Assembly: GCA_031413515.1 (NCBI GenBank)
Contig: JANOFF010000015.1
Location: 1,591 to 65,590 of the forward strand
Source: a bacterium
GTDB lineage: Bacteria; Myxococcota_A; UBA9160; UBA4427
DNA: 64,000 nt
Direction of reading: 5' to 3'
Part shown: positions 46,230 through 56,345 of the stretch, piece by piece
How the letters are laid out: every line of letters begins with the position of its first letter
Numbering within the stretch: the first letter of the stretch is position 1
Position numbers and translations under genes: made by a program
The notes under the pieces: generated by a model
What the model saw: the letters and a program-made list of their open reading frames with translations, nothing else
Told to the model about the DNA's origin: nothing
Databases searched by the model: none

Positions 46230-46258
46230 TTGCCTCGCCGGGAGGGCTCGTCTATCTT
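46230..46258 (+). promoter_or_regulatory. Putative sigma70 promoter of the pheA-hisC-tyrA-rpsA cluster
   Basis: TTGCCT-N17-TATCTT about 120 nt upstream of pheA. Confidence 0.5.
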
Positions 46259-46378
46259 GCGCCAGCTTTTTCGGGGGGTTAGCGCGTTTTCCCCGCTCTG
46301 CGCGCTGCGACCTGCCGAGCGGTCGACTTCCCCCCGCCCGAACAATCGATTGGCGTGCGCGCACACCGGGACCCACTG

Positions 46379-47545
46379 ATGTCGGAAGCCAACCAGTCCG
46401 GAGATCTCGATGTCGTCGATGACGGTGACATCGCTCCGGCATTGGCGCGTCTGCGCGACACGATCGATTCCGTCGATCACGAGATCCTCGCGGCGCTGAA
46501 CCGGCGTGCCGAGTTGGTGCGCGAGGTGGGACGCGTCAAGCAGGCGGGACGTCGCAGCCCGGTCTACGTGGCCAGTCGCGAGCGCGATCTCGTCGCGGCC
46601 CTCGAGGCGGCGAATCCCGGTCCGTTCCCGGACGCGGCCATCGCCCCGGTCTTCCGCGAGATCATCTCCGCGACGCGCTCACTCGAAGAGCGCGTGCGCG
46701 TCGCCTTCCTCGGACCCGAAGGCACCTTCAGCCACCAGGCAGTGGTGTCACAGTTCGGTTCGCAGATCGAGCTCGCGCCGATGGCGCACATGGAGGATGT
46801 GTTCGCCGCGACCGAACGCGGCGAGTCGCACTTCGGTGTGATCCCCGTGGAGAACACCATCGAGGGAGCGATCAATCCGACCTTCGACGCGCTGATGGAG
46901 AGCGAAGTCACGATCTGCGGCGAGATCATGGTCGCGATCGAACAGAACCTGTTGTCGCAATCGGGGCGGCTGGCGGACGTGAAGACGGTGGCGTCCATCC
47001 CCCAGGCGACAGGGCAGTGCCGACGCTGGCTGCTCGAGAATCTTCCACACGTCGAGATCCGCGATGCCACGAGCACCGCGGCGGCGGCGCGACTGGCCGC
47101 AGCCGACCCGAGCGTGGCGGCGATCGGGAGCGTGATGGCGGCGTCGGCGTATGGGCTGGAATTCATCGCGAAGAACATCGAGAGCGGGCGCGGCAACAGC
47201 ACGCGCTTCCTGGTGATCGGCAAGGAGTCGCCGGCGGCGAGCGGCAGCGATCTCACCTCCGCGGCCTTCACGGTGAGACGGGACCAGTCGGGAGCGCTCC
47301 ACAAGCTGCTCGAGCCATTCGCGCGCCACGGCGTCAATCTGACCGCCGTGCAGTCGCGCCCGATGAAGGGCAAGCCCTGGGAGTACGTGTTCTTCATCGA
47401 CATGGAGGGTCACGAGACCCAGGAGGCCGTCGGTCAGGCGCTCGACGAAGCGGCCGCCTACGCGCACTCGTACAAGATCCTCGGCTCGTTTCCCAGGGCA
47501 AGGAAGCCCGGCAAGCGCCAACTCGGACGGAGGCGCGGCGCATGA
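46379..47545 (+). CDS. pheA: Chorismate mutase / prephenate dehydratase (P-protein)
   Basis: LRDTIDSVD...LNRRA (CM), FLGPEGTFS, PVENTIEG, STRF, ACT domain NLTAVQSRP, WEYVFFID. Confidence 0.93.
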   Translation: MSEANQSGDLDVVDDGDIAPALARLRDTIDSVDHEILAALNRRAELVREVGRVKQAGRRSPVYVASRERDLVAALEAANPGPFPDAAIAPVFREIISATRSLEERVRVAFLGPEGTFSHQAVVSQFGSQIELAPMAHMEDVFAATERGESHFGVIPVENTIEGAINPTFDALMESEVTICGEIMVAIEQNLLSQSGRLADVKTVASIPQATGQCRRWLLENLPHVEIRDATSTAAAARLAAADPSVAAIGSVMAASAYGLEFIAKNIESGRGNSTRFLVIGKESPAASGSDLTSAAFTVRRDQSGALHKLLEPFARHGVNLTAVQSRPMKGKPWEYVFFIDMEGHETQEAVGQALDEAAAYAHSYKILGSFPRARKPGKRQLGRRRGA

Positions 47546-48657
47546 GTCTGTCCGAACTCGTCAATCCGCACATCCGCGGACTCGCGGCGTACGTGCCCGG
47601 CAAGCCCATCGAGGAGGTCGAGCGCGAACTCGGCATCAGTCATGCCGTGAAGCTCGCTTCGAACGAGAATCCGATCGGCCCGTCTCCGAAGGCGCTCGAG
47701 GCGCTGGCTCGCGGCCTCGCGGACGTGAACCGCTATCCCGATGGTGCGTGTTTCGCGCTGCGCACCCGGCTCGCCGCCCATCTCTCCGTCCGTCCGAACC
47801 AGATCATCTTCGGCTGCGGCGGCGACGAGGTTCTCGAACTGCTCGCGAAGACGTTTCTGTCCCCCGGCGACGAGGTCGTGATGCCGTGGCCTTCGTTTGC
47901 GATGTACCCGATCGTGACGCAGGGCATGGGCGCCACGGTGGTGAAGGTTCCGCTGACGGACGATTTCGACCACGACCTGCCGGCGATGGCGGCCGCGGTG
48001 ACCGACCGGACGAAGATGGTGTTCGTCTGCAATCCGAACAACCCGACGGGCACGAGCATCGGTGCCGGACGCATGGCGGAGTTCATCGAGGCTCTGCGCG
48101 AAGACGTCGTGCTCGTGATCGACGAGGCCTACTACGAGTTCGTGCGCCGGGTCGACTTCCCCGATTGCATCGCCTTGCTCGATCGTCGTCCGGCGACCCT
48201 GGTGCTGCGCACCTTCTCCAAGATCTACGGCCTCGCCGGTCTGCGCGTCGGATACGGGATCGGCAGCACCGAACTGATCAGCTTCCTCGAGCGGGCGCGA
48301 CATCCCTTCAACGTGAACCGGATCGCCGAGGCGGCCGCGCTGGCGGCGATCGACGACGTCGAGCACGTGGCTCGGACGAGGGCCGTGAATGCCGCGGGCA
48401 TCGAGTACCTGAGTCGCGAGCTCCCCGCGCTCGGCATCCGGGTCTGGCCGTCGGACGCCAACTACATCCTGGTCGAGATCGGGTCGGGATACGCGGATTC
48501 GCTCATGCGCGAGGGCGTGATCGTGCGTCCGATGTCGGGCTTCGGCCTGCCGGACCACATCCGCATCAGCATCGGGTTGCCCGAAGAGAACGAGAAGCTC
48601 GTCAAGGCCATCGCGCGGATCCAGCAGCGAGAGCGCACGGCAAAGGCCTCGCGATGA
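47542..48657 (+). CDS. hisC: Histidinol-phosphate aminotransferase
   Basis: YVPGKP, KLASNENP, NPNNPTG, DEAY, RTFSKIYGLAGLRVGY. Confidence 0.94.
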   Translation: MSLSELVNPHIRGLAAYVPGKPIEEVERELGISHAVKLASNENPIGPSPKALEALARGLADVNRYPDGACFALRTRLAAHLSVRPNQIIFGCGGDEVLELLAKTFLSPGDEVVMPWPSFAMYPIVTQGMGATVVKVPLTDDFDHDLPAMAAAVTDRTKMVFVCNPNNPTGTSIGAGRMAEFIEALREDVVLVIDEAYYEFVRRVDFPDCIALLDRRPATLVLRTFSKIYGLAGLRVGYGIGSTELISFLERARHPFNVNRIAEAAALAAIDDVEHVARTRAVNAAGIEYLSRELPALGIRVWPSDANYILVEIGSGYADSLMREGVIVRPMSGFGLPDHIRISIGLPEENEKLVKAIARIQQRERTAKASR

Positions 48658-49628
48658 ACGCAGCCTTCGATCGCATCGCCGTGCTCGGGCTCGGTCTGCT
48701 CGGCGGATCGATCGCGCTCGCCGCGCGACGCGCTGGAATCGCGGGCCGGATCTCCGCAGCGGGTCGGCGACGCGCTCCGCTCGAACAGGCGCTCCGGGCG
48801 GGCATCGTCGACGAGATCGGCGACGTGGCGTCGGCCGTGTCGGGCGCCGATCTCGTCGTGCTCTGCTCGCCGGTCGGTGCGATGCCTTCGCTGCTCGAAG
48901 CCGCCGCCCGCCACCTGCGCCCGGGTGCACTGGTGACCGACGTTGGCAGCGTGAAGGGTGCGCTGGCGGATCGGCTGCCGGGCCTGCTGCCGGCGGGTGT
49001 CACGTACGTCGGCGCGCATCCGATGGCCGGAAGCCACAAGACCGGCGTCGCCCACGCATCCGCCGAGCTGTTCGATGGCGCGTGCTGCGTCGTCACGCCG
49101 GGGCCGGGTGCCGAGGCGAGTTCGATCGACCGGGTGGTGGCGTTCTGGCGGGCACTCGGCGCCCGGGTCACGCTGCGCAGCGCGGCAGAACACGACATCG
49201 ACGTCGCCTGGGTAAGTCATGCACCCCACGCTCTCGCTTTTGCGTTCGCCCACGCGCTGCAGCAGGCACCCTTGACGGCGGGTGAGCTCGCGGGCCCGGG
49301 CTTCCGGGATTTCACCCGCATCGCGCACAGCGACGGCGAGATGTGGAGCGAGATCCTCGACACCAACCGCAAGGCGCTGGCCGGACCGTTGCAAGCATTC
49401 AGCCGCTCCCTCTCCCTGCTCGCGCAGGCGATCGAGGCCGGCGATTCCGATGAACAGGAAAGATTTCTCACGCAGGCCCGAAGGGCGCTGGCGCAGACGA
49501 CCGAAAGGTCTGCTGCGACCCGCCCGCGGACGACGTGCGAAAACGCCCGATCCGGGGGCGAACACCCGGAAATCCCGACTGGCCCCGTGCCGGTCACCCT
49601 AGGAGTGTCGAAAAACAAAAATGAATGA
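48654..49628 (+). CDS. tyrA: Prephenate/arogenate dehydrogenase with C-terminal extension
   Basis: GLGLLGGS, DVGSVK, HPMAGS, HD...SHAPH, GFRDFTRIA; stop overlaps the rpsA start. Confidence 0.9.
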   Translation: MNAAFDRIAVLGLGLLGGSIALAARRAGIAGRISAAGRRRAPLEQALRAGIVDEIGDVASAVSGADLVVLCSPVGAMPSLLEAAARHLRPGALVTDVGSVKGALADRLPGLLPAGVTYVGAHPMAGSHKTGVAHASAELFDGACCVVTPGPGAEASSIDRVVAFWRALGARVTLRSAAEHDIDVAWVSHAPHALAFAFAHALQQAPLTAGELAGPGFRDFTRIAHSDGEMWSEILDTNRKALAGPLQAFSRSLSLLAQAIEAGDSDEQERFLTQARRALAQTTERSAATRPRTTCENARSGGEHPEIPTGPVPVTLGVSKNKNE

Positions 49629-51333
49629 ATCCAATACCCCTGCCTCCGCCGAGCCGAGCTTCGCGGAGCTCTTCAACAGTGGGACCCAGGCGATCAAGGA
49701 AGGTGAAGTCGCCAAGGGCAAGGTCATCGCGATCGACAGTGATTTCGTGACAGTGGACGTCGGTTTCAAGTCCGAGGGCATGGTCCAGACCTGGGAGTTC
49801 ATGGACGACGACGGGACCTTGCAGATCAAGGTCGGGGACACCGTCGAAGTGCTGGTCGAGGATGCCGAGGACGAGTTCGGGCGCGTGGTGCTGTCGAAGG
49901 AGAAGGCCGAGCGTCTCAAGGTCTGGGACGAGATCAGCAACGCCTACGAGAGCGATCAGGCCGTCGAGGGGACGATCATCGCCCGCGTGAAGGGCGGCCT
50001 GTCCGTGGACATCGGCGTGAAGGCGTTCCTGCCCGGATCCCAGGTGGATCTGCGGCCGGTGCGCAATCTCGACGGCATGCTGGGCGAGAAGTCCCGGTTC
50101 AAGATCATCAAGTTCAACAAGCGACGGGGCAACATCGTGCTCTCGCGCCGCGCCCTGCTCGAGACCGAGCGCAAGCGCATGCGACAGGACACGCTGTCGA
50201 CGCTCGAAGCCGGCCAGATCCTGGACGGCGTGATCAAGAACCTGACCGACTACGGGGCCTTCATCGACCTCGGTGGCATCGACGGTCTGCTGCACATCAC
50301 GGACATGTCGTGGGGTCGGATCAACCACCCGAGCGAGCTGTTCAACGTCGGCGACGAGATCAAGGTCAAGGTGCTCAAGTTCGACCAGGAGAGCGAGCGC
50401 GTGTCGCTCGGCCTCAAGCAGATCCAGCCGGATCCGTGGGTCGACGCCGCGCACCGCTATCCGATCGGCAAGCGCCTCTCGGGCAAGGTCGTCTCGCTCA
50501 CCGACTACGGGGCGTTCATCGAACTCGAGCCGGGCATCGAGGGTCTCGTGCACGTCTCGGAGATGTCGTGGACCAAGCGGATCAAACATCCGTCGAAGGT
50601 GGTCGCGATCGGTGATTCGGTCGAAGCGGTCGTGCTCGATGTCGACGAGCGCAATCGCAAGATCTCGCTGGGCATGAAGCAGATCGAGGACAATCCCTGG
50701 ACCGTCATCGAGGGCCAGTATCCCGTCGGTGCGCGCGTCAAGGGCGTCGTCCGGAACATCACCAACTTCGGTGTGTTCGTCGGCCTCGAAGAGGGGATCG
50801 ATGGTCTGGTCCACGTCTCGGACATCTCGTGGACCGAGCAGATCAAGCATCCGGGCGAGAAGTTCCAGAAGGGCGACGAGGTCGAGGCGATCGTGCTGAA
50901 GATCGACAAGGAGAACGAGAAGTTCTCCCTCGGCATCAAGCAGCTCCTGGCAAACCCCTGGGACGACATCCAGCGCAAGTACCCGATGGGAAGCCAGATC
51001 ACCGGACCGATCACGAGCGTGACCGACTTCGGTGTCTTCGTGCGGCTCGGCGAGGGGATCGACGGTCTGGTCTACACGTCCGAGCTGGCTGCGGAGCGCG
51101 TGGAGAAACCGGCCGAGATGTTCTCGGAGGGTCAGGAAGTGACGGCACTGGTCGTCAAGGTGGATCCGAGCGAGCAGAAGATCTCCTTGTCCATCCGTGC
51201 CGTGAACGACAAGGCGGAGCGCAAGGCACTTCAGGAGCTCGCCGCCCAGCAGGCCTCCACCCAGACGACGACTCTGGGTGATCTGCTGGCCGAGAAGCTC
51301 GCCAAGAAGGCCGGCGAGTCCGACGCGTCGTAG
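49621..51333 (+). CDS. rpsA: 30S ribosomal protein S1
   Basis: Six S1 repeats (DYGAFIDLGGIDGLLHITDMSW, EGLVHVSEMSW, DGLVHVSDISW); TLGDLL tail. Confidence 0.97.
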   Translation: MNESNTPASAEPSFAELFNSGTQAIKEGEVAKGKVIAIDSDFVTVDVGFKSEGMVQTWEFMDDDGTLQIKVGDTVEVLVEDAEDEFGRVVLSKEKAERLKVWDEISNAYESDQAVEGTIIARVKGGLSVDIGVKAFLPGSQVDLRPVRNLDGMLGEKSRFKIIKFNKRRGNIVLSRRALLETERKRMRQDTLSTLEAGQILDGVIKNLTDYGAFIDLGGIDGLLHITDMSWGRINHPSELFNVGDEIKVKVLKFDQESERVSLGLKQIQPDPWVDAAHRYPIGKRLSGKVVSLTDYGAFIELEPGIEGLVHVSEMSWTKRIKHPSKVVAIGDSVEAVVLDVDERNRKISLGMKQIEDNPWTVIEGQYPVGARVKGVVRNITNFGVFVGLEEGIDGLVHVSDISWTEQIKHPGEKFQKGDEVEAIVLKIDKENEKFSLGIKQLLANPWDDIQRKYPMGSQITGPITSVTDFGVFVRLGEGIDGLVYTSELAAERVEKPAEMFSEGQEVTALVVKVDPSEQKISLSIRAVNDKAERKALQELAAQQASTQTTTLGDLLAEKLAKKAGESDAS

Positions 51334-51348
51334 GCAGTGGTCATGCGG

Positions 51349-51381
51349 GGCCCGGGCGGTGGAGAGACCTCCGCCCGGGCC
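51349..51381 (+). terminator. GC-rich hairpin after rpsA (terminator or processing site)
   Basis: Perfect 11-bp inverted repeat GGCCCGGGCGG / CCGCCCGGGCC; only a short T tract follows. Confidence 0.5.
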
Positions 51382-51402
51382 TTGTCGATCCTGGGGAGTG
51401 AG

Positions 51403-51720
51403 ATGACCAAGAGCGGGCTGATCGAAGAAGTCGCCAAGCAGACTCCACACATCTCGAAGAAAGACACCGAGGTGGTGGTCAACACCATCTTCGACGCGAT
51501 GATCGAGGCGCTGCGCCTCGGCGAGCGGATCGAGATCCGGGGATTCGGAAGCTTCCAGGTCAAGGTCCGCGAGGCGCGGGAAGGTCGCAATCCGAAGACT
51601 GGCGAGCCCGTGCACATCAGTGCCAAGCGCACCCCGTTCTTCAAGGTCGGCAAAGAATTGAAGGAGATGGTCGACGAGTCTCCGAGCGCCGCACCGCGCG
51701 GCCGGGAGGTCTCGGCCTGA
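51403..51720 (+). CDS. ihfB: Integration host factor beta subunit
   Basis: MTKSGLIE, RIEIRGFGSF, GRNPKTG, PFFKVGKELK; follows rpsA. Confidence 0.9.
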   Translation: MTKSGLIEEVAKQTPHISKKDTEVVVNTIFDAMIEALRLGERIEIRGFGSFQVKVREAREGRNPKTGEPVHISAKRTPFFKVGKELKEMVDESPSAAPRGREVSA

Positions 51721-51779
51721 GCGACGCGAAGCAAACCGGGCGGACGACGCTGAGGACCCTGCGCAGGATCACGTTCCTC

Positions 51780-52124
51780 ATGGTGTTCATCGGCCTGTTG
51801 TATACGGGATGGCGCTTCGCGCACGGCAACTCCACGGTCGTCGACGTCGACTACGTGGTGGGCCGCAGCCGCGACGTGGCCGTCTGGAAGGCGCTGGTCG
51901 TTTCGGCCGGCGTCGGCATGGCGATCACCTTCGTGTTGATGATCTTTTCGCTGATCGGCGCGCGTCTCGAAGCCCGTCGGTTCCGCAAGGCGGCGGTCGG
52001 ACTGGAGTCGGAGCTGAACGAGCTGAGGCAGTTGCACCCGTCGTCCGAGATCGTCGCGCAGACCGTGGATTCCGAGGACGCGTCGATCGTTCGCACGGGC
52101 CGGGGAGTCGTCCAGAAAGCTTGA
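51780..52124 (+). CDS. lapA: LapA (DUF1049) family membrane protein
   Basis: Two TMs with N..V..DY linker, then coiled coil ESELNELRQL; position after ihfB; true start may be slightly upstream. Confidence 0.65.
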   Translation: MVFIGLLYTGWRFAHGNSTVVDVDYVVGRSRDVAVWKALVVSAGVGMAITFVLMIFSLIGARLEARRFRKAAVGLESELNELRQLHPSSEIVAQTVDSEDASIVRTGRGVVQKA

Positions 52125-52371
52125 GATCGTGGAGAGGGCCGCCGCGATCGGCGGCGGCGGGCGGATGCGGGTTCCGACGGGGGGTCGGAGGACGTACTCG
52201 CCCAACGAGGGCACTGGCCCCCGCGCGCAGGTGACGGACGCGCGGACGCGCAGGAGAGACCGTGCGCTTGTTCGAACCAGGCAGGCCGACCGGAATGCGG
52301 GCCATCGACGTCGGCGCGCGGTTCGAGCCGGACGCAGCGTTTGTGCCCGTCGACCGCACGGGAGTCGCGTC

Positions 52372-55092
52372 GTGAGTTCGTCCGCGCTCGAGACGCCGAT
52401 GATGAAGCAGTATCTCGCCATCAAGGCGCGCCATCCCGACGCCGTGCTGCTGTACCGGATGGGCGACTTCTACGAGATGTTCCTGGCCGACGCCGAACTC
52501 GCGGCGCCGCTTCTCGAGATCGCGCTGACGACCCGGGACAAGGGCAAGCCCGACGCGGTTCCCATGTGCGGGATTCCCGTCCACAGCGCCGATCAGTACA
52601 TCAAGCAGCTCGCTGGGCTCGGACATCGCGTGGCGATCTGCGAGCAGGTGGAGGATCCGCGAGAGATCGGCGGACGGCGGCTGGTGAAGCGAGACGTCGT
52701 CGAAGTCGTGACACCGGGCCTCGTGGGCGATCCCGAGGGTCTCGACGGTCGCCAGGAAGTGTCGCTCGTCGCCCTCGATCCGGGTGGCGATGGAGGGACG
52801 CCGGCCCTGGCGGTCCTCGACGCATCGACGGGCGACTTCCGCGTCACGGTCCCCGCTCTCGACACACCCGCGGCGGGCGGTGTCGACGCCGGCCGATTGC
52901 CCGAGCTGTTGCTCGAGGAGATCGAGCGGATCGCGCCCCGCGAGCTGCTCGTGCCCGCCGATCGACTGCAGCAGTCGAAACAGATGTTCGCGCTGCGGCT
53001 GCCGCGCTGCGTGCTGACCGCAGTCGCGCCCGCGAGCTTCGATCCGACCGAGCTGCCCGTCGAACCCGAGGGCTTCGCGGAACTCGCCGCGGAGGGCGGG
53101 CAGCGCCCCGTTGCGGCGCTTCTCCGCTATCTCGGTGTCAATCAACCGGCGGCGCTCGGCCACCTTCCGCGTGTGCGCCGCTACGAGCTGCGCGACACCG
53201 TGGTGCTCGATGCGGCCACCCGCAACCATCTCGAATTGTTCGAGAACAGCGAGGATCGCGGTCGTCGAGGCACTCTGGTCGAACTACTCGATCGCACGCG
53301 CTGCGCGCTCGGCGCCCGTCGTCTGGCGCGCTGGATCGCGTATCCGCTGCGTCGACCGTCCGAGATCCGGCTGCGTCAGGATGCCGTCGCGTGGCTCGTC
53401 GCGCGCGATCGGGTGCGCTCGCTCCTGCGTGAGGCCATCGGTGAGGTGCGCGACCTCGAGCGGATCCTCCACAAGGCGGCGCGACCGACCGCCGTGCCAC
53501 GCGACCTCGGCGCGCTGCGCGATTCGCTGCTCGCGCTGCCCGATGTGGGCGCGGCGCTCGAGACCGCGGGTGATGAACTGTTCGCGCTGTCCTCGCAGGA
53601 GCCCGGTGTGCGGCCGGTTTCGATCGTGCCGCCGGTGGCGCTTCCCGAACTGGCGTCGCTGCTCGTGGAGGCGCTCGTCGACGAGCCCCCGGTGATCGCC
53701 CGCGGATCCCGCGGCGCAGGCGAATCGGGCTACATCCGGGCGGGATTCCGGCCCGAGCTCGACGCGATCCACGAGAGCGCGCAGAAGGGTCGCGAGTGGA
53801 TCGCGGGTCTCGAGACGAGCGAGCGGCTGCGCAGCGGAATCGCGAATCTGAAGGTGCGATACCACCCGGTGCACGGCTATTCGCTCGAGGTCTCGAAGAG
53901 CCAGCTCGCGAAGGTGCCCGCCGACTACGAGCGCAAGCAGACGCTCGCGAACGTCGAGCGCTTCACCACCGGCGCGCTGCGCGAAGTAGAGGGCACGGTG
54001 ATGGGCGCATCGGAGCGCGCGGCCGCGCTCGAGCGCACGATCTTCGAAGACCTGCGGCAGCAGGTGGTGGCGTCGGCCGGTGCGATTCGCGACGCGGCGG
54101 AGTGCGTCGCCGGACTCGATGCCCTGGCGAGTCTTGCCGAGGTGGCGCGTCGCGAGGGTTGGACGCGCCCCGAGGTGGACGAGAGCGATCGCACGCAGAT
54201 CCGGAGCGGCCGGCATCCGGTGGTCGAGAACAGTCTTCGCAGCCGCAGCGGTGATGGCTTCGTGCCGAACGACACGCAGCTCGACTCGCGCGGCACCCGC
54301 ATCCTGCTGCTGACGGGTCCCAACATGTCGGGCAAGAGCACCTACCTGCGGCAGGTGGCCCTGATCACGCTGATGGCGCAGATGGGCAGCTTCGTGCCCG
54401 CCGAGTCGGCGCGCATCGGGGCCGTCGACCGGATCTTCACACGGGTGGGCGCGTCGGATCGTCTGTCCCGCGGCGAGTCGACCTTCATGGTCGAGATGCG
54501 CGAGACCGCCGAGATCCTACGTCTCGCATCGCGGCGCAGTCTGATCATCCTCGACGAGATCGGCCGCGGCACCAGCACCTTCGACGGGCTCTCGATCGCC
54601 TGGGCGGTGGCCGAGTATCTCCACGACACGCCCGGCCTCGAAGCCCGCACGCTGTTCGCCACCCACTACCACGAGCTGATCGCGATGGCGAAGCAGCGTC
54701 GCCACATCGCCAACGCGCACTTCGAGGTTCGCGAGTGGCAGGACGAGGTGATCTTCCTGCGCCGCCTGGTCGACGGGGGCGCGAACCGCTCCTACGGGAT
54801 CGCGGTGGCGAAGCTCGCGGGCCTGCCGTCGGCGGTCGTCACGCGCGCCCGCGCGATCCTGGCAGAACTCGAGAGCGGCGAGCGTCAGGCCGACGCGGCG
54901 GGTCGATCCGGGCGCGGCAGCGTCGACGATGCGCAGCTCGATCTCGCGCTCTCGTCGGCCGTCCGTGAGGAAGCGTCGGACGGGCGCGCGGTGCTCGACG
55001 AACTGGCCGCCCTCGATCCCGATCGAACGAGCCCGATCGATGCCCTGCTCGCCGTGCAGCGCTGGCGTGCGCGCTTGAAGGACGGCCGATGA
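52372..55092 (+). CDS. mutS: DNA mismatch repair protein MutS
   Basis: TPMMKQY, GDFYEMF, GRHPVVE, TGPNMSGKSTYLRQ, STFMVEM, DEIGRGTST, ATHYHEL, SYGIAVA. Confidence 0.96.
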   Translation: MSSSALETPMMKQYLAIKARHPDAVLLYRMGDFYEMFLADAELAAPLLEIALTTRDKGKPDAVPMCGIPVHSADQYIKQLAGLGHRVAICEQVEDPREIGGRRLVKRDVVEVVTPGLVGDPEGLDGRQEVSLVALDPGGDGGTPALAVLDASTGDFRVTVPALDTPAAGGVDAGRLPELLLEEIERIAPRELLVPADRLQQSKQMFALRLPRCVLTAVAPASFDPTELPVEPEGFAELAAEGGQRPVAALLRYLGVNQPAALGHLPRVRRYELRDTVVLDAATRNHLELFENSEDRGRRGTLVELLDRTRCALGARRLARWIAYPLRRPSEIRLRQDAVAWLVARDRVRSLLREAIGEVRDLERILHKAARPTAVPRDLGALRDSLLALPDVGAALETAGDELFALSSQEPGVRPVSIVPPVALPELASLLVEALVDEPPVIARGSRGAGESGYIRAGFRPELDAIHESAQKGREWIAGLETSERLRSGIANLKVRYHPVHGYSLEVSKSQLAKVPADYERKQTLANVERFTTGALREVEGTVMGASERAAALERTIFEDLRQQVVASAGAIRDAAECVAGLDALASLAEVARREGWTRPEVDESDRTQIRSGRHPVVENSLRSRSGDGFVPNDTQLDSRGTRILLLTGPNMSGKSTYLRQVALITLMAQMGSFVPAESARIGAVDRIFTRVGASDRLSRGESTFMVEMRETAEILRLASRRSLIILDEIGRGTSTFDGLSIAWAVAEYLHDTPGLEARTLFATHYHELIAMAKQRRHIANAHFEVREWQDEVIFLRRLVDGGANRSYGIAVAKLAGLPSAVVTRARAILAELESGERQADAAGRSGRGSVDDAQLDLALSSAVREEASDGRAVLDELAALDPDRTSPIDALLAVQRWRARLKDGR

Positions 55093-56345
55093 CGATCGCC
55101 GCGCAGCGCCATCGCGGGATGCGGTTCGTCTGGCTGGCGGCCCTCGTCGTCCTCTCGACGGGTCTGCTCGGGACGGCTCGGCCGAAGGGCCTCGGCGACG
55201 TGAAGGATGTGCGCACCTGGTCCTATCCCGACTACACGCGCGTGGTGGTCGAGGTGACCCGCCCGCTCGACCTGACCGAAGAGGCCGTCGTGCGGTTGCC
55301 CGCTGACAGTCGCGCAGAGAGGCCCGAGCGGCTCTACGTCGATGTGCCCGGGGTGTGGGTCGGAACCCGCTACGTGAAGGGCCTCAAGGTGGGAGATGGA
55401 CTGCTGCAAGGCATCCGGATCGGTCAGAACACGCTGGAGGCCAGCCGCCTGGTGATCGACCTCGAGCGCTATGGCCACCACCGGATGTTCACCCTGAGCT
55501 CCCCCGACCGCCTGGTGATCGACGTGTACGGAAAGCGACGACAGGAGCAGGGACCGAGCCGATCCGCGGACACACAGCAGAAGTCGACCGGGACCGGCCG
55601 CCTCTCGATGGTGTCTCGCAGCGTGCGCACCGTGGTGCTCGATCCGGGGCACGGCGGCAAGGATCCCGGGGCGATCGGGATCGGCGGCGTGCGCGAGAAG
55701 GACGTCAACCTGCGACTGTCCAGGATGCTCGCCGCCGAGCTTCGCGCCCGTTCGTTCAATGTCGTGATGACGCGCCAGGACGATCGCTTCATCGATCTCG
55801 AAGGTCGGACGGTGATCGCCGAGTCGTCCGACGGGGATGTCTTCGTGTCGGTGCACTCGAACGCGTCGCACAACAAACGGCTGCGCGGGATCGAGATCTA
55901 CTACCTCGACGCGGGACACGCGCGGCACAACCTCGACGTCGCAGCCCGGGAGAACGGCGTCGCGCGCGGCGATCTCGATACGCTTCAGCGCACCCTGTCG
56001 CGGCTGCGCGTCGCCGAGGCCTCCCAGCACTCGCGAAAGCTCGCCGAGAACGTGCACAAGGATCTCCGGAAGGGACTGGCGAAGTCCTATGCGGGCATGC
56101 CGGATCTCGGCATCAAGCAGGGCCCCTTCTACGTGCTGTTCATGTCCAGCATGCCTTCGATCCTGATCGAGACGGGCTTCCTCACTAATCGCACCGACGC
56201 CGGGCTACTGCGGAGCGAGAAATATCTCGAGACCGTTGCGGCCCAGATCGCCGCCGGCATCGGCCAGTACCGGAACCGCATCGATCAACTGACCGCCGAT
56301 GCCGGTGATGCGAGCCTGCCGTCGGTCGGAGCCCGCAAGCGATGA
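55089..56345 (+). CDS. amiC: N-acetylmuramoyl-L-alanine amidase with AMIN domains (AmiC-like)
   Basis: Signal peptide, AMIN repeats (PERLYVD, PDRLVID), LDPGHGGKDPGA, SVHSN, LIETGF. Confidence 0.88.
   Translation: MTIAAQRHRGMRFVWLAALVVLSTGLLGTARPKGLGDVKDVRTWSYPDYTRVVVEVTRPLDLTEEAVVRLPADSRAERPERLYVDVPGVWVGTRYVKGLKVGDGLLQGIRIGQNTLEASRLVIDLERYGHHRMFTLSSPDRLVIDVYGKRRQEQGPSRSADTQQKSTGTGRLSMVSRSVRTVVLDPGHGGKDPGAIGIGGVREKDVNLRLSRMLAAELRARSFNVVMTRQDDRFIDLEGRTVIAESSDGDVFVSVHSNASHNKRLRGIEIYYLDAGHARHNLDVAARENGVARGDLDTLQRTLSRLRVAEASQHSRKLAENVHKDLRKGLAKSYAGMPDLGIKQGPFYVLFMSSMPSILIETGFLTNRTDAGLLRSEKYLETVAAQIAAGIGQYRNRIDQLTADAGDASLPSVGARKR

Noticed and set aside
46080-46378. Possible tRNA or riboswitch in the DGC-pheA intergenic region
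   Set aside because: No cloverleaf, TTCGA T-loop plus CCA end, or recognisable aptamer; divergent promoters explain it.
52268-52277. TTGTTCGAAC upstream of mutS, matching the motif upstream of the Zorya-like operon
   Set aside because: GTTCGAAC also occurs inside coding regions (e.g. near 13930), so the match is not distinguishable from chance.
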